Positions 13,830-28,090 of a stretch of 64,000 bases of DNA are shown one piece after another (position 1 is the first letter of the stretch; the number at the start of each line of letters is the position of its first letter). A model generated the notes under the pieces. It was not told where the DNA came from. It saw only the letters and a list, made by a program, of their open reading frames with translations, and ran no database searches. The DNA lies in contig CM119263.1 in NCBI GenBank assembly GCA_051294375.1, forward strand, positions 3,618,785 through 3,682,784, read 5' to 3'. A program made the position numbers and the translations under genes. Origin of the DNA: Paraspadella gotoi (Eukaryota; Animalia; Chaetognatha).

Positions 13830-13970
13830 CATTTTGCCATTTTGTCATTTTGGCCATTTTGCCATTTTGCCATTTTTGCCTTTGCCATTTTTGCCATTTT
13901 TGCCATCTTGCCATTTTGCCCATTTTGCCATTTTGCCATTTTGCCATTTTGCCATTTTGCCATTTTGCCA
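13830..13970. repeat. 8-bp tandem repeat (GCCATTTT)n
   Basis: Read directly. Confidence 0.92.
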
Positions 13971-14845
13971 GTAAGAAATCGTCCACCCACGTATTCGCGT
14001 CAATTTAAAAACAACTTTTCGTATCACTGTTTAACATTTTTTTAATTTTTATATTTGACATAATATGTTTTTAATATTTTACATTTTAGTTAAAAACTTT
14101 TATACTCCCGCTCGAACATAAGAAGGATAATGAATCTATGCTTTCTGTTGCCTCAAGAGTCGCTTTGAAGGTTTCGTCAAACCACTTTTCGAGATTCTAT
14201 TATCGAGAATTTAGTTAATTTCTCACCTCACCACCTTACCACCTTACCTTATCACCTTACCACCTAGGACAGCGTTGCCTCTAACGAACGGTCTGACCTC
14301 AATAAGTCACAACCTCTAAATCCATCTTTTCGTCGAATGGATTTTTCTTGGCTCACGGAACAAAAATACGTCCCAAAACTCTTCCGTCTTTCTTTCCAAA
14401 GAAAAAAAAACCGATGGATGGAAAATAAAACACCTTGGTCCCTTTTCCTCTCCTTCGGTTCGATTTTTTGAAATATACGTATTTCTGTGCCCGTCTTTTC
14501 TGTCTTGTCTCTCTTTTCTGTTTGTCCTTCTGTCAAAATGTTATTCGGTTTTGTGTAAATTTTCATTTTTCTTTCTGAGTTTTCGTTTCCCGATCCATTT
14601 AACATTTTTCTATTTAGATCTTTTTCTTCTATAATTTTTTTTTCGATTTTTTAGCCTTTTTGCTAGACAAATGCTCTAAATAAAAACACAACCTTGATAC
14701 AACATACAAACGAATAAAGTGAGCAAATTCTATTTTTTAGCTCATGATTCAGTTTCCTTCTTTTGAGCCACAACTCACGAAAAGCTTTCGGATATCGACT
14801 TTTTTTTGGCGCTAGAGATTGAGAAAAAACTGCGATCGGCGGCAT

Positions 14846-14930
<85 letters not shown>

Positions 14931-15466
14931 TCTAAAGTGAGATAGATTAAAGGCGACTAGCAATTAATCTTAGTTTGTAACTTTTTTCCCCACTAGATAA
15001 ACCAAAGAGAAATTAATTAACAATCAACAATTCTCCCGGGAATCGGAAATCGAATCAACACGATCGACCTCAATCTCTACTTTTGCTTTTGTACGCGACG
15101 TATGAACAACATAAACTCTTTCTGAAAATTATCAACAAAAACCCCAATGAAATTACAAAACTAATAAAAAAAAAATTGATGTTATCGTTTGAGACGAAAG
15201 TTTCAACAACTATTAAAAATATTTTATGATTTACTGCCTTAAATAATAATAAGGTGAAGAATCGTTAGTATACACGCTAAACACTGTTTTAAAATTGATT
15301 GATTTTTAAACCCAGTTTATAAAGAGTACCTTCTGACGTTGCTAAGAGACGGAATACCTTTTAGCAACGAAATTTCACGATCAATTTTTTGTCTTTCAAA
15401 TTCCTTAGAGAGGTTTCGAAAACCACTGAAGGAGGAAATTAAATAAAATTCGCGTTCTCTCTCTTT

Positions 15467-15554
<88 letters not shown>

Positions 15555-16468
15555 ATACGCAAAAGCACTTTCTCTTGTTTTTATTCATACCTAAGACATA
15601 AGCAAGAAAAAATATTCAAAATCTTTTTGAACCTAAGGTAAAACGATAATCGATAAAAATGAGAACAAGTTTTCGGGATATAGAAAACGTTATACTATAT
15701 TTTCCAGCTGTAAAATTAATATGCAAAAAATCCCGGTTCGATAAATAAAGTCTTATGGCTTAACATATTTTTTTGGCTAACCTGATATGAAAGCAGCAAA
15801 AGACACGGAACTTCATAAACTACATACATGTTAGAATCTACATTGTAGATGCACATGAAAATTCGATTTTTAAAAAAAAGATTTTGCTCACTAAAAACTA
15901 GCAAACTCAGTAAAGACTATAAATATTTTGATATGAATAGTTTTTTCATAATGAGAATTGATTGAGATAGAGCCAAAAAACAATTTTCCCAGATATATGA
16001 CAGCATAGTGGTAAAAGATCGCCTTGATGATGTCATGTCACGAAATTATTCTTGCCTCTAGTACAGTCATCTCAAAATGAAAAAAAAAAATTTTCAATTA
16101 CCTTTTTACTCTTCTGTGCTTTGCAGATGACGTTTTAAAAAGTTTAAATTCTAAAACGCTTATCCCAAAACAAAACCATTGAATTTCAACAAACCACAAA
16201 GCGCTTGAATCAGGTTACAAGTGTGGTCCCGAAACAAACCACAAAAGGCTTGAACCGCGTTCACAAAAGGGCCCACAACATACCACAAAGGCTTTGATCT
16301 AGGTCACAAAGGCGTTCGAAACAAACCACAAAGGCCCAAATAAAATCACACAATCAAAAACAACTCAACCGTTGAAGCGAAAAACCTTTTTTTCCCCGAT
16401 TTCTCGTTAAAACTGACCACATAATTGTCCAAGAAGCGAATAAAGTAGCAAGAACTTCGGGATAAAGA

Positions 16469-16515
<47 letters not shown>

Positions 16516-16574
16516 CGACGACAAAGAAGGCGGTTGGTGGTCAACCGCGAAAAACCACGAATAGGAAAAGAAAA

Positions 16575-19490
16575 ACAAGTTGAGTGCAAACAATTTCGGG
16601 ATCTGCCTACGATAATTAAAATTAATTAATTGATTAATTAACTTAATTAATAGATTAATTAATTAATTAATAGATTAATTAATAATTAATTAATAGATAA
16701 TTAATTAATTAAAGTAGGAATTAAATTATACATTTTATATTCAGCTTGTCATCATCGATGCTCCTTAAAATTGAGTCAGGACAGTTATTAAATGTTTTGT
16801 TTACATTTTATTCAAAACAAACATATATCCTTCTATTATCGAGCCAGGCGCGGCAAAGCCCGTCCTGTCTAGAATTTTTTTTCGGTTTAGTCTTTCGGTT
16901 CTCGCTTTTTGCAATTCATTGGCTTCTGAAAGTGTTGATATCATAGGAGTTGAATTTCCATATATGGCTTCTAATCATCAAGATCTTTAAAATTCTCATG
17001 TTTCATATCAATATTGGTATTTGTTTATGTTTTATTTTACAAACAAAAACGTTTTATTATATGTTCCTCTCTCTCTCTCTCTCTCTTTTCTCCGTCACTG
17101 CTTCTTCTAAAACGAGTTCCGAGCCTTGCAGCGTCTGTCCAGCTTCTTTCTCTCTCTCTCTCTTCTCTCTCTCTCTTCCTCTCTCTCTTTTTTTTACAAA
17201 AAAATTTTTAGATATAATGTGGGTTCACTAATGTAAAAAACGATTTTGCCGAACAGGCGCAAACCCGGGTCCTTTTGGGTATGAGAATAGCTCACGCTAC
17301 GTGCGGCGCCAAAGTACTGCCTGATTCTTAACGAGTAAAAGGGGCTGTAGAGCTTCTCTCTCTCTCTCTCTTTTAAATTATTATATATCGCATCTTTCTC
17401 TTTTTCTCTGCAGCGGGCTGTCTCTCTCTCTCTCTCTCTTTTTCTCTCTCTCTCTCTGTCTCTCTGTCTTCTCTGTGTGTGTCTGTTCCCTATCTGTTCG
17501 ATCTTTTGCGTGATCGTTTGGATTGTTTTGAACAAATTCTGATTATTTTTTTCCTTCTAAAAACTTTTTATTATTGCCATTTATTCCGCGCTTTTTTTCA
17601 ATACAAAATCCCATATTTTTCATCCGAAGGATTTTCGTGGATTTATTCTCTTTTCTTTCTCTCTCTCTCTTCTCTCTCTCTCTTCTCTCTCTTTCTCTTC
17701 TCTCTTTCTCTTTCTTATCTCTCTCTCTCTTCCTCTCTCTCTCTTCTCTCCTCTCTCTTTCACTCATACACGCATTGTTTGTTTTATTGACTAAATCATC
17801 GCATCAATGAATGACAAATCATTCGCATCCAATGAATGACAATCATCGCATCACTGAATGACTATCATCACAGCAGTTGGAATGACTATCATCGCATCAA
17901 TAATTGATTTATCATCGAATCAATAATCCAATTTCCTATTACATCAATAAATTACTATACATCAAATCAATTAGTATTACCTCAATCAATTACAGTACAT
18001 CAACAATTCGTTATCGCATGATTCATTCCGTTTTTTTCCCGCGTTTTTTTCCATTAATTTTCTATTGATAGCTGGCGCTCTGGGCTCGATCTTTGAGTCT
18101 TTTAGATTTTTTATTTTATTGCCTCCTTCTCTCTCTCTCTCTCAACTCTCTCTCTTTTCTTCTCTCACTCTCTCTCTCTCTCTCACTCTCTTCTTTCTCT
18201 CTCTCTCTCTCTCTCTTTTTATGCAATCAGCGACGCATCCTTATGCTTTTAAGATTTTTTAACTTTGATCATTTTCAACTTTCATAATTTTTTCAAACTT
18301 GCATCCGTTTTCAAAACTTTATATCTAGCTTTCTTCACTCACTTTCCTACCCGGCTCACAAAATTTCATCTCAATCTATCATGGGTTAAAATAAATAAAA
18401 AGAATTCAAGTAAATGCTGACTCATATTATTTTTCATTTAAACTCATTTCCACTGGTACGTTTCCACTGAACACTTTTATATCAAGCTTCGTTTCATTAC
18501 GTTTTCCTACCCCACACCACAAAATTTCAACTCAATCTAGTCCATCCAATGATTTTAATTGGAGTATTTATTGGCTTTAAAATAAGTAAAAAAGATTTTT
18601 AGTAAATTCGACTCTATGTTTTTTCCATTTAAACTATTTCCACTCACACGATTCCATCGAAAATTTTAATATCAGCTTTATCACACACTTTCCTACCCAC
18701 ACACAAAATTTAATTCCCTAATCCAACCATGCCCCCAATCACGAGTTATTGGAGCTTTTTTGCTAAGATGGGACGGTTATGGACGGATGGATTACTAATT
18801 AATTAATTATTGATTAATTTATTTACTATTTGATTAATTTAACTGGATTTAATTATTGATTATTAAACATCCTGCAGATACATTTAATATAAAAGGAAAA
18901 AAGAAGCCATAATCAATTAGTAAAACAGGTTTTTTGTTTTTTTCCATTTTTTAAACTCCCATTATCCACTCAAACTATTCCATCGCAAACTTTAGATTTT
19001 TCCTGTTCAATCACCACCACTCCTACCCACAAAATACAAAATTCCAGGTCAATCAAGCCCATCCACTTCATGAGCAATTGAGTGTATCAAATAGTGAATA
19101 TTATTTTTTTTTGTTTTTTCCATTTAAACTCATTTCCATCGGACGCATTCCATCGAAAACTTAATATCCAGCTCAATCAACACACCTTACCTATCCACAC
19201 ACAAAAATTTCATTTAAATCCATCCACTCAATCACGAGTAAATTGGTGTTTTTTTCTGCTAAGTGGGACGACGCGACGGACTTGACGGACGGACGGACGG
19301 ACGACAGACAGACGGACGGACGGACATCATTTTTTTTGCATAATTTATCATTAATTCGATGTTCTGCACATGAATAAGTGTCGTGCCCGACAATATTGAT
19401 GGGGTGCGGACCAGACGGAACCGAAAAATGTGAGTTATAAAAAGTGAGTTATTAAGAGGTCGGGATCTGCTGATAAGCAGTATCCCGACT
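16575..19490. mobile_element. Non-autonomous Helentron-associated (HINE/DINE-1-like) element, composite, ~2.9 kb
   Basis: Absent from the empty site (A-run at 10287-10293), inserted in an A/T run with no distinct TSD. Starts ACAAG, has sub-terminal tcgggatctgc (16596-16606), a (GACG/GACA)n microsatellite at 19275-19327 and a terminal hairpin gtcgggatctgct-gata-agcagtatcccgac (19459-19489). Confidence 0.75.
17790..17920 (-). repeat. ~23-bp minisatellite (reverse orientation of the 31380 and 41300 arrays)
   Basis: atcatcgcatcaatgaatgac units. Confidence 0.8.
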
Positions 19491-21212
19491 AAAAACTTAA
19501 GGTGGGGAAAAGACAAAAGAAACAGTGTGGAATAAAAATAGAATTGTCAAGAAACGGAAAAAAGAAGAAACAAAATAAAAAAAAGAATAGAAAGAAAAGA
19601 AAGAAAGGAAAAAACACGAACTTTCTTAGTCTCCATCACACGAAAATATACGAAGGCAGAGAAGAAAAGCTGTGAACGACTTCGAGGAACGGAAAAAAGT
19701 TGGAAAGAACAGAAAGAAGAACAGGAGAGAGAGGAGAGAGAGGAGATGAGAGAGAGAGAAGAGACGATGAGAGAGAGAGAGAGAGATGAGAGAGAAAGAA
19801 CAAAAATTGAAGGAATGAAAATAGAAAAATTGATATGCAGACGGAACAAAGTGTCGCCGAAAAAACAGAGTCTCGTTGGAAAAAATAAGAAAGACAAAAA
19901 TGTGGACTCACGTTTACCTCCATTCAGTTTCGGTTTGAAAAATAAATTTAAATTCTCCTACATGAAAATCTTTTTTTACTATTTTCCTTTTCTCTCTTCC
20001 CAGTTTTATTCTCACATCACCATTCTTTCATTCTCAGTCTCTTTCTTTTCACTCCTTTCATCAACCGAATCCCCTACTTCATTTTTCTATTTCCCCTTCG
20101 AAAAACGGACAAAATTGATGGATTTTTCGTCGGACCCACGGACGCCTTCGTTAATAACCGTGAAAAATGCTTTTCTCACGCCCGCTGGCAACTCTTCACT
20201 CCCGAACCTCGCCCGACGCTACCTCACCAACCTCTCACAATTCTCACAACGCCTCGTCACGGTCTTTCACAGTTAGTATTTCGCTCATATAACCGGTTCT
20301 TCTCTTCGGTCGCCAAGTCCATAACGAGGCTAAAAATAAAAGATGGCCGTCCCATTTGATTCAAAATATGGGGAGCCGCGGATAGGCGAGAAATAACAGG
20401 GTGTGATCGACGAGAAATGGAGCGGTAAGGGAGATTGTAAAGATTATTAGAGTAAAAACAAAACGAGTTATAAAAAAATTATCCAAGCATAAGAATGGTG
20501 ACTGTAAAATTATAAATAATTATCTAAGAAATAATTAAGAATACAAAATGCAGTTTATGGCTAGTGCTCAAAAATTATTTTAAATCCAAACTGCTAAAAG
20601 TAATTATTATTTTTAAAGCCAAAAAATATTAAAATCATTAAAAAAATAGATCATCTACCACAGTACTGGAAACACCTGCTAGACACCCAAACTATAAAAA
20701 ACGAAGAATAGAAAGGCTTTAGTCTCGGAGAAGAAAAATGTCGGAGTTTACAAGCACAATTCATGTCGGTTAAGGCACAGCATAATAGCGTGGGAGTGGG
20801 GGCGGAACGAAAAGCAAAATTCTCTGGGGTTTTCGCGGGGTGAGTTAAAAGGGCGGCGAGACGAAAGGAGTTGAAGATTCTTGGGGACCGAAAAATGTTT
20901 GGGAATTGGATTTCACTCAGCGAGAAAAAGGATAGAGCTGAACGAGATAAGGAAATATCGAAGAATTAATTCCTCACGAAGGATTCCAGTGATTTGCGAA
21001 TAGAATGCAGTGTTCGATGCACGATATGAATGATGGATGATAGACCGTGATTCTGTGACAGCCCCGACAGAACGATCGGAAAAAGAAAATGAGAACAATT
21101 ATCTCTCTTTGACTGAAAGTTAATAAATACCTACGAGCTCGATAAAAAAACGTTTTCTCTTATGTGTCAGATAAGAGTCCGCGATTTAAACACAGATTAT
21201 TAGCGCCATTAC

Positions 21213-22999
21213 TGGGATTAGCATATTCGACGAAATTTTTATTTTTCATATCGGCCGAAAAATAATAGGGAATTTGCATTCCAAAAAACGAAGGCCTTTT
21301 GAAATAGTTACTGTATGGAAAATACTAAAAAACAGAGAAAAATTTATTTTTTTTAAATCTAGATAACTGTAAGTTAGGTTTAACTAAAAACACGAAAAAA
21401 AAACTCTTTCAAATAAGAAAAATATTGGAATAGTACAGAAAGCAATATTTCTTTTTATTGTAGCGGCAAAAGAACTAGGCTTTTCCTTCGCAAAAACCTC
21501 TGTTGTTCACAGGAGGAGCAAATGGACTTTTTCTCTCAAAACAAATGATATTCTTGACTTCCCTAAATTGATGCGCAAAAATGCGCCAGCAGCAGTTTTT
21601 TGGCGCATAAGTCATCTTCTATATCATCTTTCCTACATGATATTTAATGGCCTATCGAAATCATTCCCATATGTATTAAACTTCTATATAATATATTTAT
21701 TATGATCTTATAAAGATTTATTGTGCCTTTTTTCTGCTTACAACAATTCCTCCTTTGACTAAAGTATACTTGATACCGTTAGATTATTATAATTGGGCAA
21801 TATCTTATCTATGTCTTTAACTTTTCAACATTTTAAAACATTAAACCTTAAAGGACCATTGTTGATCACCACAATTTTCTGATTACTTTTTAATTAAAAA
21901 TTGGTTCCCACTGGCTTTACGTGGTGTATCTTTGTTTCTTTTATCTATGTTGAGATTTATTTTCGGTATTTCATTTTTTCTTTGAGTTCAAAGAAAGAAT
22001 TAAAACCGAAAAATAATCTCTTTTAGAATCGGAGATTGTATAAAATATAAAAGAGAAAAGAAAAAGGGAGGAAAGGGGAAGAGATGAAAGGATAAAGTGG
22101 CCTGCAGTTTTTACGCAGCATACGCCATTCTACCGCCAAAGCGCATCGTGTAAACTTAGTTTATATTTCGAAAAATTGAAAAATAGTTTTTACGCCACAA
22201 AATTATTATATGCATATTAATATGGCGTTTTCTGTTCATTTTAACCATTCTACGCCAAAAACTGTTATAAAAAATGGCCGGAATATATATTTAAAACAAC
22301 CTCAATTGGAGTAGTTTTTATTAGTAAAATATAAACAAATGTTATTTACGCCAAGGACATTAATCTAATATTTTATATGGTTTTTTGTTCAGTTTTACGC
22401 CATTCTACGCACACATCTCTATAAAAAATGGCCGCGATAAATCTTTAAAACCACTATTGAATAGCTTTTACTAGAAAATAATCAGAAGTCTTTTACTGCC
22501 ACATCATGATATCATTATTAAACATTTTACCTTCATTTCCACGCCATTTTACGCCACAATTCTTTTCGCAAATCTCTAAATATAAAAATTTACATTATTT
22601 TAATTTTATATATTTTAAAATTACTTTTTTTAAAAAATCATTAACGCTACATATGTAATTAGCCGAAATAATTAACGGTTTTGGACGTAGTTTTTTACGC
22701 CACCAGCGCGCCAACAACACGTAAAAAAAAAAAGAAAATCATCTGGAAATCCAATACTTACAATGATTTCTTAATTAGAAAAAAGCGTTTTAAAAATTTT
22801 GGTTGAATATCCTTGACAGTAGTAAAAGAGCCAGAAACGTTCTCCAAATTGACGTAAACTCAGTTGGCGTAAATCAAATATTTTAAAAAGTCAAATTTGG
22901 AATTAATGATTTAAAGACACTTCGTTAGCCTAATATAAGGTTTAAAACCATCGAATGAAAAAAATCCAAGTATTTTTACAATTTTTATCAATAACCCTA
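21213..22999. mobile_element. Non-autonomous hAT-like DNA transposon, ~1.8 kb
   Basis: Absent at the empty site (ccattac 11994-12000); flanked by ccattac (21206-21212) and ccatttac (23000-23007), a 7-8 bp TSD. Termini are t(a)gggatta / taacccta, and there are many sub-terminal TTTACGCCA repeats at 22110-22875. Confidence 0.72.
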
Positions 23000-24229
23000 C
23001 CATTTACTCTTCAAAGAAGAAATCGTTCAAGTCGTCAGAGAAATGTCGATATTATACGATGCCTCAGAAACTTTAATAAGGAAGAATTTCCTTTCTTGGC
23101 GGTTGGTTCCCTCTTGTTCTCTTTTGGTCAAGAATACAAGGAATTGGTTACTTCTTTTGGGGTTGACCCCCGGCAGTAACTGTTTATGCGTAAGGGGGAT
23201 CATGATCAAAACAAAATAAAAATGGCATTATAAGCATTAAGCATCATATTGTATAAGCAACCTGATTATGTTACTCAAAAGTAATAATTAATAATAAAGT
23301 ATATAAAAAATTGAAAGCGGGCAAGATAAGGCTAGTTTTATGAATGACTGAATAAATCTTAACATATTATTGGTAGTTTAATTTCAAAAAATGTGGAGAA
23401 TCTCCACAGACACCGGACCGCGAGGCGAAAAACGCGACCTTTAAAAGAGATGCCTTGAGGTCGTTTCCCTTCTTACTAAAAAAAAGTGGTCCAACATCCA
23501 GATTCACTCGATAGGGAATTATCTTCTTTTGCCCGGAGAGGGGTCTGGGAAGGAGAACTGGGGTGGTTAAGGGCGTTTAGGGACGGTATTGTGGGGGGGG
23601 CGGATTNNNNNNNNNNNNNNNNNNNNNNNNNTTTTTTTCTCCAAAAAGCGAAAATATCCATTCGCGCAAATCGTCCCCTCCCGAAAATTTTTCCCGGGGG
23701 GATGAAAATAAACAAGTCCATCTTCGCTAATCTTTCCCCGGGGGGAAGAAAAGGTCCGTCTCTACAAATCTTTGAGGCAAAAAAAAAATATATTCGATTT
23801 TCGGAAAAGACGGATCTGTTTTGGGGAAAGTAATGTAAAGTTGTGGTCGTCGTGGAAGTTTTTATCGTCGTTTTTGTCGTGGTTTTCTTTGTTTCGTTTT
23901 CATTGTTGTCTTTGTTGTCATAGCGATACACTGGTTTCCCATTCGTATTGAATTCGGTACAAAAAGCGGAAACGATTAGACGAGCGACAACGACGACAAC
24001 GACGACAAGAGGACTCGTGAAAAGAAATCACGTGATTCCCGCCTCGCCGTCGTCACGTGATTCCCGTCACGGAGAGACCGTCCTTGGCGCGAGACGGACC
24101 GACGGACCGACGGACCGACGGACTCGGACCGACGCTGACCGACATCAACGTTGGAGGACGGAATGAATATCGTTCGTCGGTCGAAAGAAAATTGGACTCG
24201 CGATTGGTTGTGGGGCGTTGTGGGTAGTG

Positions 24230-24312
24230 AGGGGAGTGGGTAAGGGAGAGTGGGTATGGGAGAGTGGGTATGGGAGAGTGGGTATGGGAGAGTGGGTAAG
24301 GTAGTGTGGGTA
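24230..24312. repeat. 14-bp tandem repeat (GGGAGAGTGGGTAT)n
   Basis: Read directly. Confidence 0.85.
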
Positions 24313-25713
24313 AGTCTTGTGAATGTGGAGAAAAGTTGGCTGGAGAGGTTCTATGTTATAGTTGTTACAGGAGGGCGTAGTTAATATGTTAAGATATAAA
24401 GAGTTGGTACAAGTATTGGATTTGATAAAAATCGAGTATAAAGTGAACTGAACAGTGAACATTCCACATCAGTCGGTGGTTTCATTTAAATACATTACAT
24501 ACCTTGCGTGGTGAATGGAATGATAAGTTGAGTGGCCAGAATGGGATGGTCGAAAGAAATTGAAACGACAACGACAACGACAACGACGACGACGACGACG
24601 ACCGTCAAATTGGTTGTTGGAACCGTGAAGGTCCTGAATCACCATTTAGAATTTTAGATGTGGAGAAACTTTATTGTTATATACGAAATTTTTATTCAGC
24701 ACATAATTAGAAATAAACGATGGAGCAGGCATTTAACAATAGTATAGCTTAATTAACTCAAATATATATATATAAATATGTTCTGTTTAATACGTGCGTA
24801 TATTTTTCAGAAGATTTCCAATCACATTTTTTAGAAACGACGAGAAAAGTGAAGGTCGTTTGAAAGAAAAATCGACCAAGAATCAAGAGCAAAACGAATT
24901 CATCTCAAACATAAATTCAGTCACCTCACTAGTTAATCACCTCCAACGAATATCACCTCCCTTCAATCACCTCCAACAAAAATCCACCTCAATCACAGAA
25001 ACGCCCGAAGAGAACAATGACATCCAAATGATTTTAACCAAAAGAGTGAAACAAAAATCACCTCGGAATCACCTCAGATCCAATAACGAATATTCGGGAT
25101 CACTTCCAAAATGAATAAATTTTCGATTTTTACCAAAAAAAGAAGATCATTAAGATTCATCACCTCCTTATCCTTGACTCTCTCTCTCTCTCTCTCCTCT
25201 TTTACGACACATTCGGTTTTTTTTTTTCGGTGAAAGGCAAAACATCTTTTTGCCTCGAAATATTCTATGTAATCTACTTACACAATCCTTTCCTCCCTTT
25301 ACCCTCATACCTTTCGTTAGCTCCTTTTATCAGACTTACTTCGTCTGAATCATAACATTACTCACATCATACATATCATATCATATCATACTCCTTCCTC
25401 GGCTCAACTCCAACGAAGAACTCTGCCATCTAAAATGGATTTGCTTCACTAATCACAAATTATTCCTACACATTGATGTCACCAATTCTCGCCTCGCGCG
25501 TTTTATATTCATCCGACGGCTCTCGTCTTCTTTCATGAAGATATTATTTTCAATTTAAAAAGAAAATCAAGTTGTTTACCCTTTTTTTTATACATTTCTC
25601 TTCCCCTCGGGAGGAAAGATATTTTCTATCTTTTATTTCGTTTCATTTCGATCTAGAATCTTCTTAATTTTCTTCATTTGAATAAGAAATGATTCTGGGG
25701 TGAAAGAGAGAGC

Positions 25714-25769
<56 letters not shown>

Positions 25770-26447
25770 GAAGAGACGACGAGAGAGAGAACCGACAGAC
25801 AGACAGATAAAGATCTGTGTTTGTTTAATCCGAATGAAAAGAGAAGCGACGATGTTTTCGAAATCAAGACGCAATAAAAGAGAAAAACAAATCTGGTGGA
25901 AATTCGAGAAATTCGAACAAAAGGGAAATCGTCATAAAAACAAAAGACCGAAAAACTAAAGATTAAAATCACAAATTTCATTTCAACTTTTGAAATGTGC
26001 ATATATTGTCAATTGTTAAAATTCTTTTTAAAATGTTGATTTAACTACCTTGGAAATGGTTTTGTTAAGCATTGAAATACAAGTATTTCCAGAGACTTCA
26101 TTCAACAAAATAAATGATATTTATACATAATCTTATTAATAAATACATTCAACGTCATCGAGGCATTAAATTAAATTAAATTAATTCAATTGGATTCGCT
26201 TTTCCCTTTGGGTTTTTCTCTCTTAATTCTTTTTTCTCCCCCAAAGGATTAAGCGAGAGTTTTTTCCTTTGTAGCCAATTACATCCGCCCACATCCGGTT
26301 GAAAACACATTTTTTCCCCATCGATGTCAATTACATCCGCCCACATTCTCTTTCGACGAGTTTGTGTTTATTTATGTCATAACAATATACTTATCTCTGT
26401 ATCTAGAAAGGTCATTTCCGTTTGGAATGTTTAACTACATTTCTCTC

Positions 26448-26485
<38 letters not shown>

Positions 26486-27098
26486 AAAATATCAATATAC
26501 AAAGCTAGAATTGAAACATACCTAAATAAAAAGAAAACAAAGACTAAACATTTAGAATTGTTACAAGTCGAAAAACAATTCTAAACAAAGTAGACAATAC
26601 TAATCTTAGAAGAGAAAACAGTAAATTGTATAAAAAACAAAGCTCTTAAGGACAAAACAGTTTAAAAAAATTTTTAAAAGTATAAGGATCTCGCCAAGGT
26701 GTAGTATCACAGAAAATTAATGAAAAAGTACTATAATCTAATTTGCATATTGCAGTAAATCATAATGAAGTGGAAATTTAAACAAAAAATATTTGAATCG
26801 ATATGAAACAAAGAAAATGGACACACATTTCAACTTCCTCACTGCCTCACTAATAGAACTTGATACCTAGATATATTGTTTGGTAGTTAAACCATAAACC
26901 GGCAAAATAAAGATAGAAATTGTTTTTTTATTTTTGAGAGAAGATTATTATTGACAAATGACAACGAGAAGTGACAAGCGAAAACAGAACAGTAATTCAA
27001 CCTAAATAATAAACTATAAACTATAAACAATCATTTTATTCATGAGTCCATTTAATTTTTTTTGTAAAAAAAAAAAAGATATCTTAGCGAGTTAAAAA

Positions 27099-27260
27099 GC
27101 GTGACGCCGACGACGACGTCACAAAGAACTTTAACCGAAACAAAATCGAGCAAGCAGGCTCGATAAAAGGAGTGACGCCGACGACAACGACTACGTCACA
27201 AAGAAGCTCAACCGAAACAAAATCGAGCCCTGACCGGCTTCGCCGGTAGGCTCGATAAAA
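27099..27260. mobile_element. Doubled hairpin terminus of a dispersed (probably Helentron-type) repeat; other copies at 27886-27991, 33661-33767 and 42429-42495
   Basis: gtgacg-(GAC)n-cgtcac followed by the atcgagcc-tgaccggcttcgccggt-aggctcgat hairpin and an A-run. Confidence 0.6.
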
Positions 27261-27499
27261 AATAAATACGTATCAAGGCGAAACTCACCCATACAAAATT
27301 TTGTCATGTTTCTCAATCTGTGTGCCAAACTTGAAGCTTTATATGAATCATACCTCACGCACTTGGTTCTACCAGACCCCCTTTACTTTTACCATAACAC
27401 TCGCTTATCTACAAAAGAGCAAATAAGTAAAAAAGAAAATCTTAAAAGCATAAAGATCGAGCCGCTTTCGATAGTCGCGGACGGAAAAGAGAGAGATTA

Positions 27500-28090
27500 A
27501 AAAATCCTTTGAAGTTCCCATTCTTTATTAAAAATTAAAACAAATTTTTTGAATTTCATCTTCAATATTATATACTGCAATATGTAAATTAGATTAAAGC
27601 ATTTCTATATACTAATTTGCATATTATAAGGAGTCTTAATCCTCATTTGCATATTGCAGTAAATCATAATGAAGTGGAAATTCAAACAAAAAATACTTTA
27701 AATCCAAATGAATATGAAAATGGATCACAGCATTTCAAGATGAAAAGCCATATCTAAATTTTTTAACTTACTATGATCGCACACTTTTTGTAAAACTTTA
27801 TCATAATTCATAATAATTTTATTTTTAAAAAAAACGGTAAGTCACAGCCAAACCTATAAAAGCGTAGTAGTTTTTATATATGAAAACAGCGTGACGGACG
27901 ACGACGACCACGACGACGACTACGTCACAAAGAAGCAACCCTAAAACATTATAGAGCCTGACCCGGCTTCGCCGGTCAAGGCTCGATAAAAGAGAAGCGG
28001 ACTCGTGGTGTCCAAAAGCTCTTTACACAATTTTATTACTCTGCCATAACAAGGTCATCATGGTCGGATATTATCAGGGTCATTCTTACT
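27500..28090. repeat. Near-identical copy of 33272-33867; a diverged relative lies at 42020-42480
   Basis: Direct comparison. Confidence 0.88.

Larger units (their letters stand above)
13930..23410. repeat. Segment copy B of 7525-12370, carrying two transposon insertions
   Basis: Colinear with copy A outside 16575-19490 and 21213-22999. Confidence 0.88.

Noticed and set aside
13830-13970. Telomeric repeat (GCCATTTT)n
   Set aside because: Short, internal, and not a telomere motif I recognise
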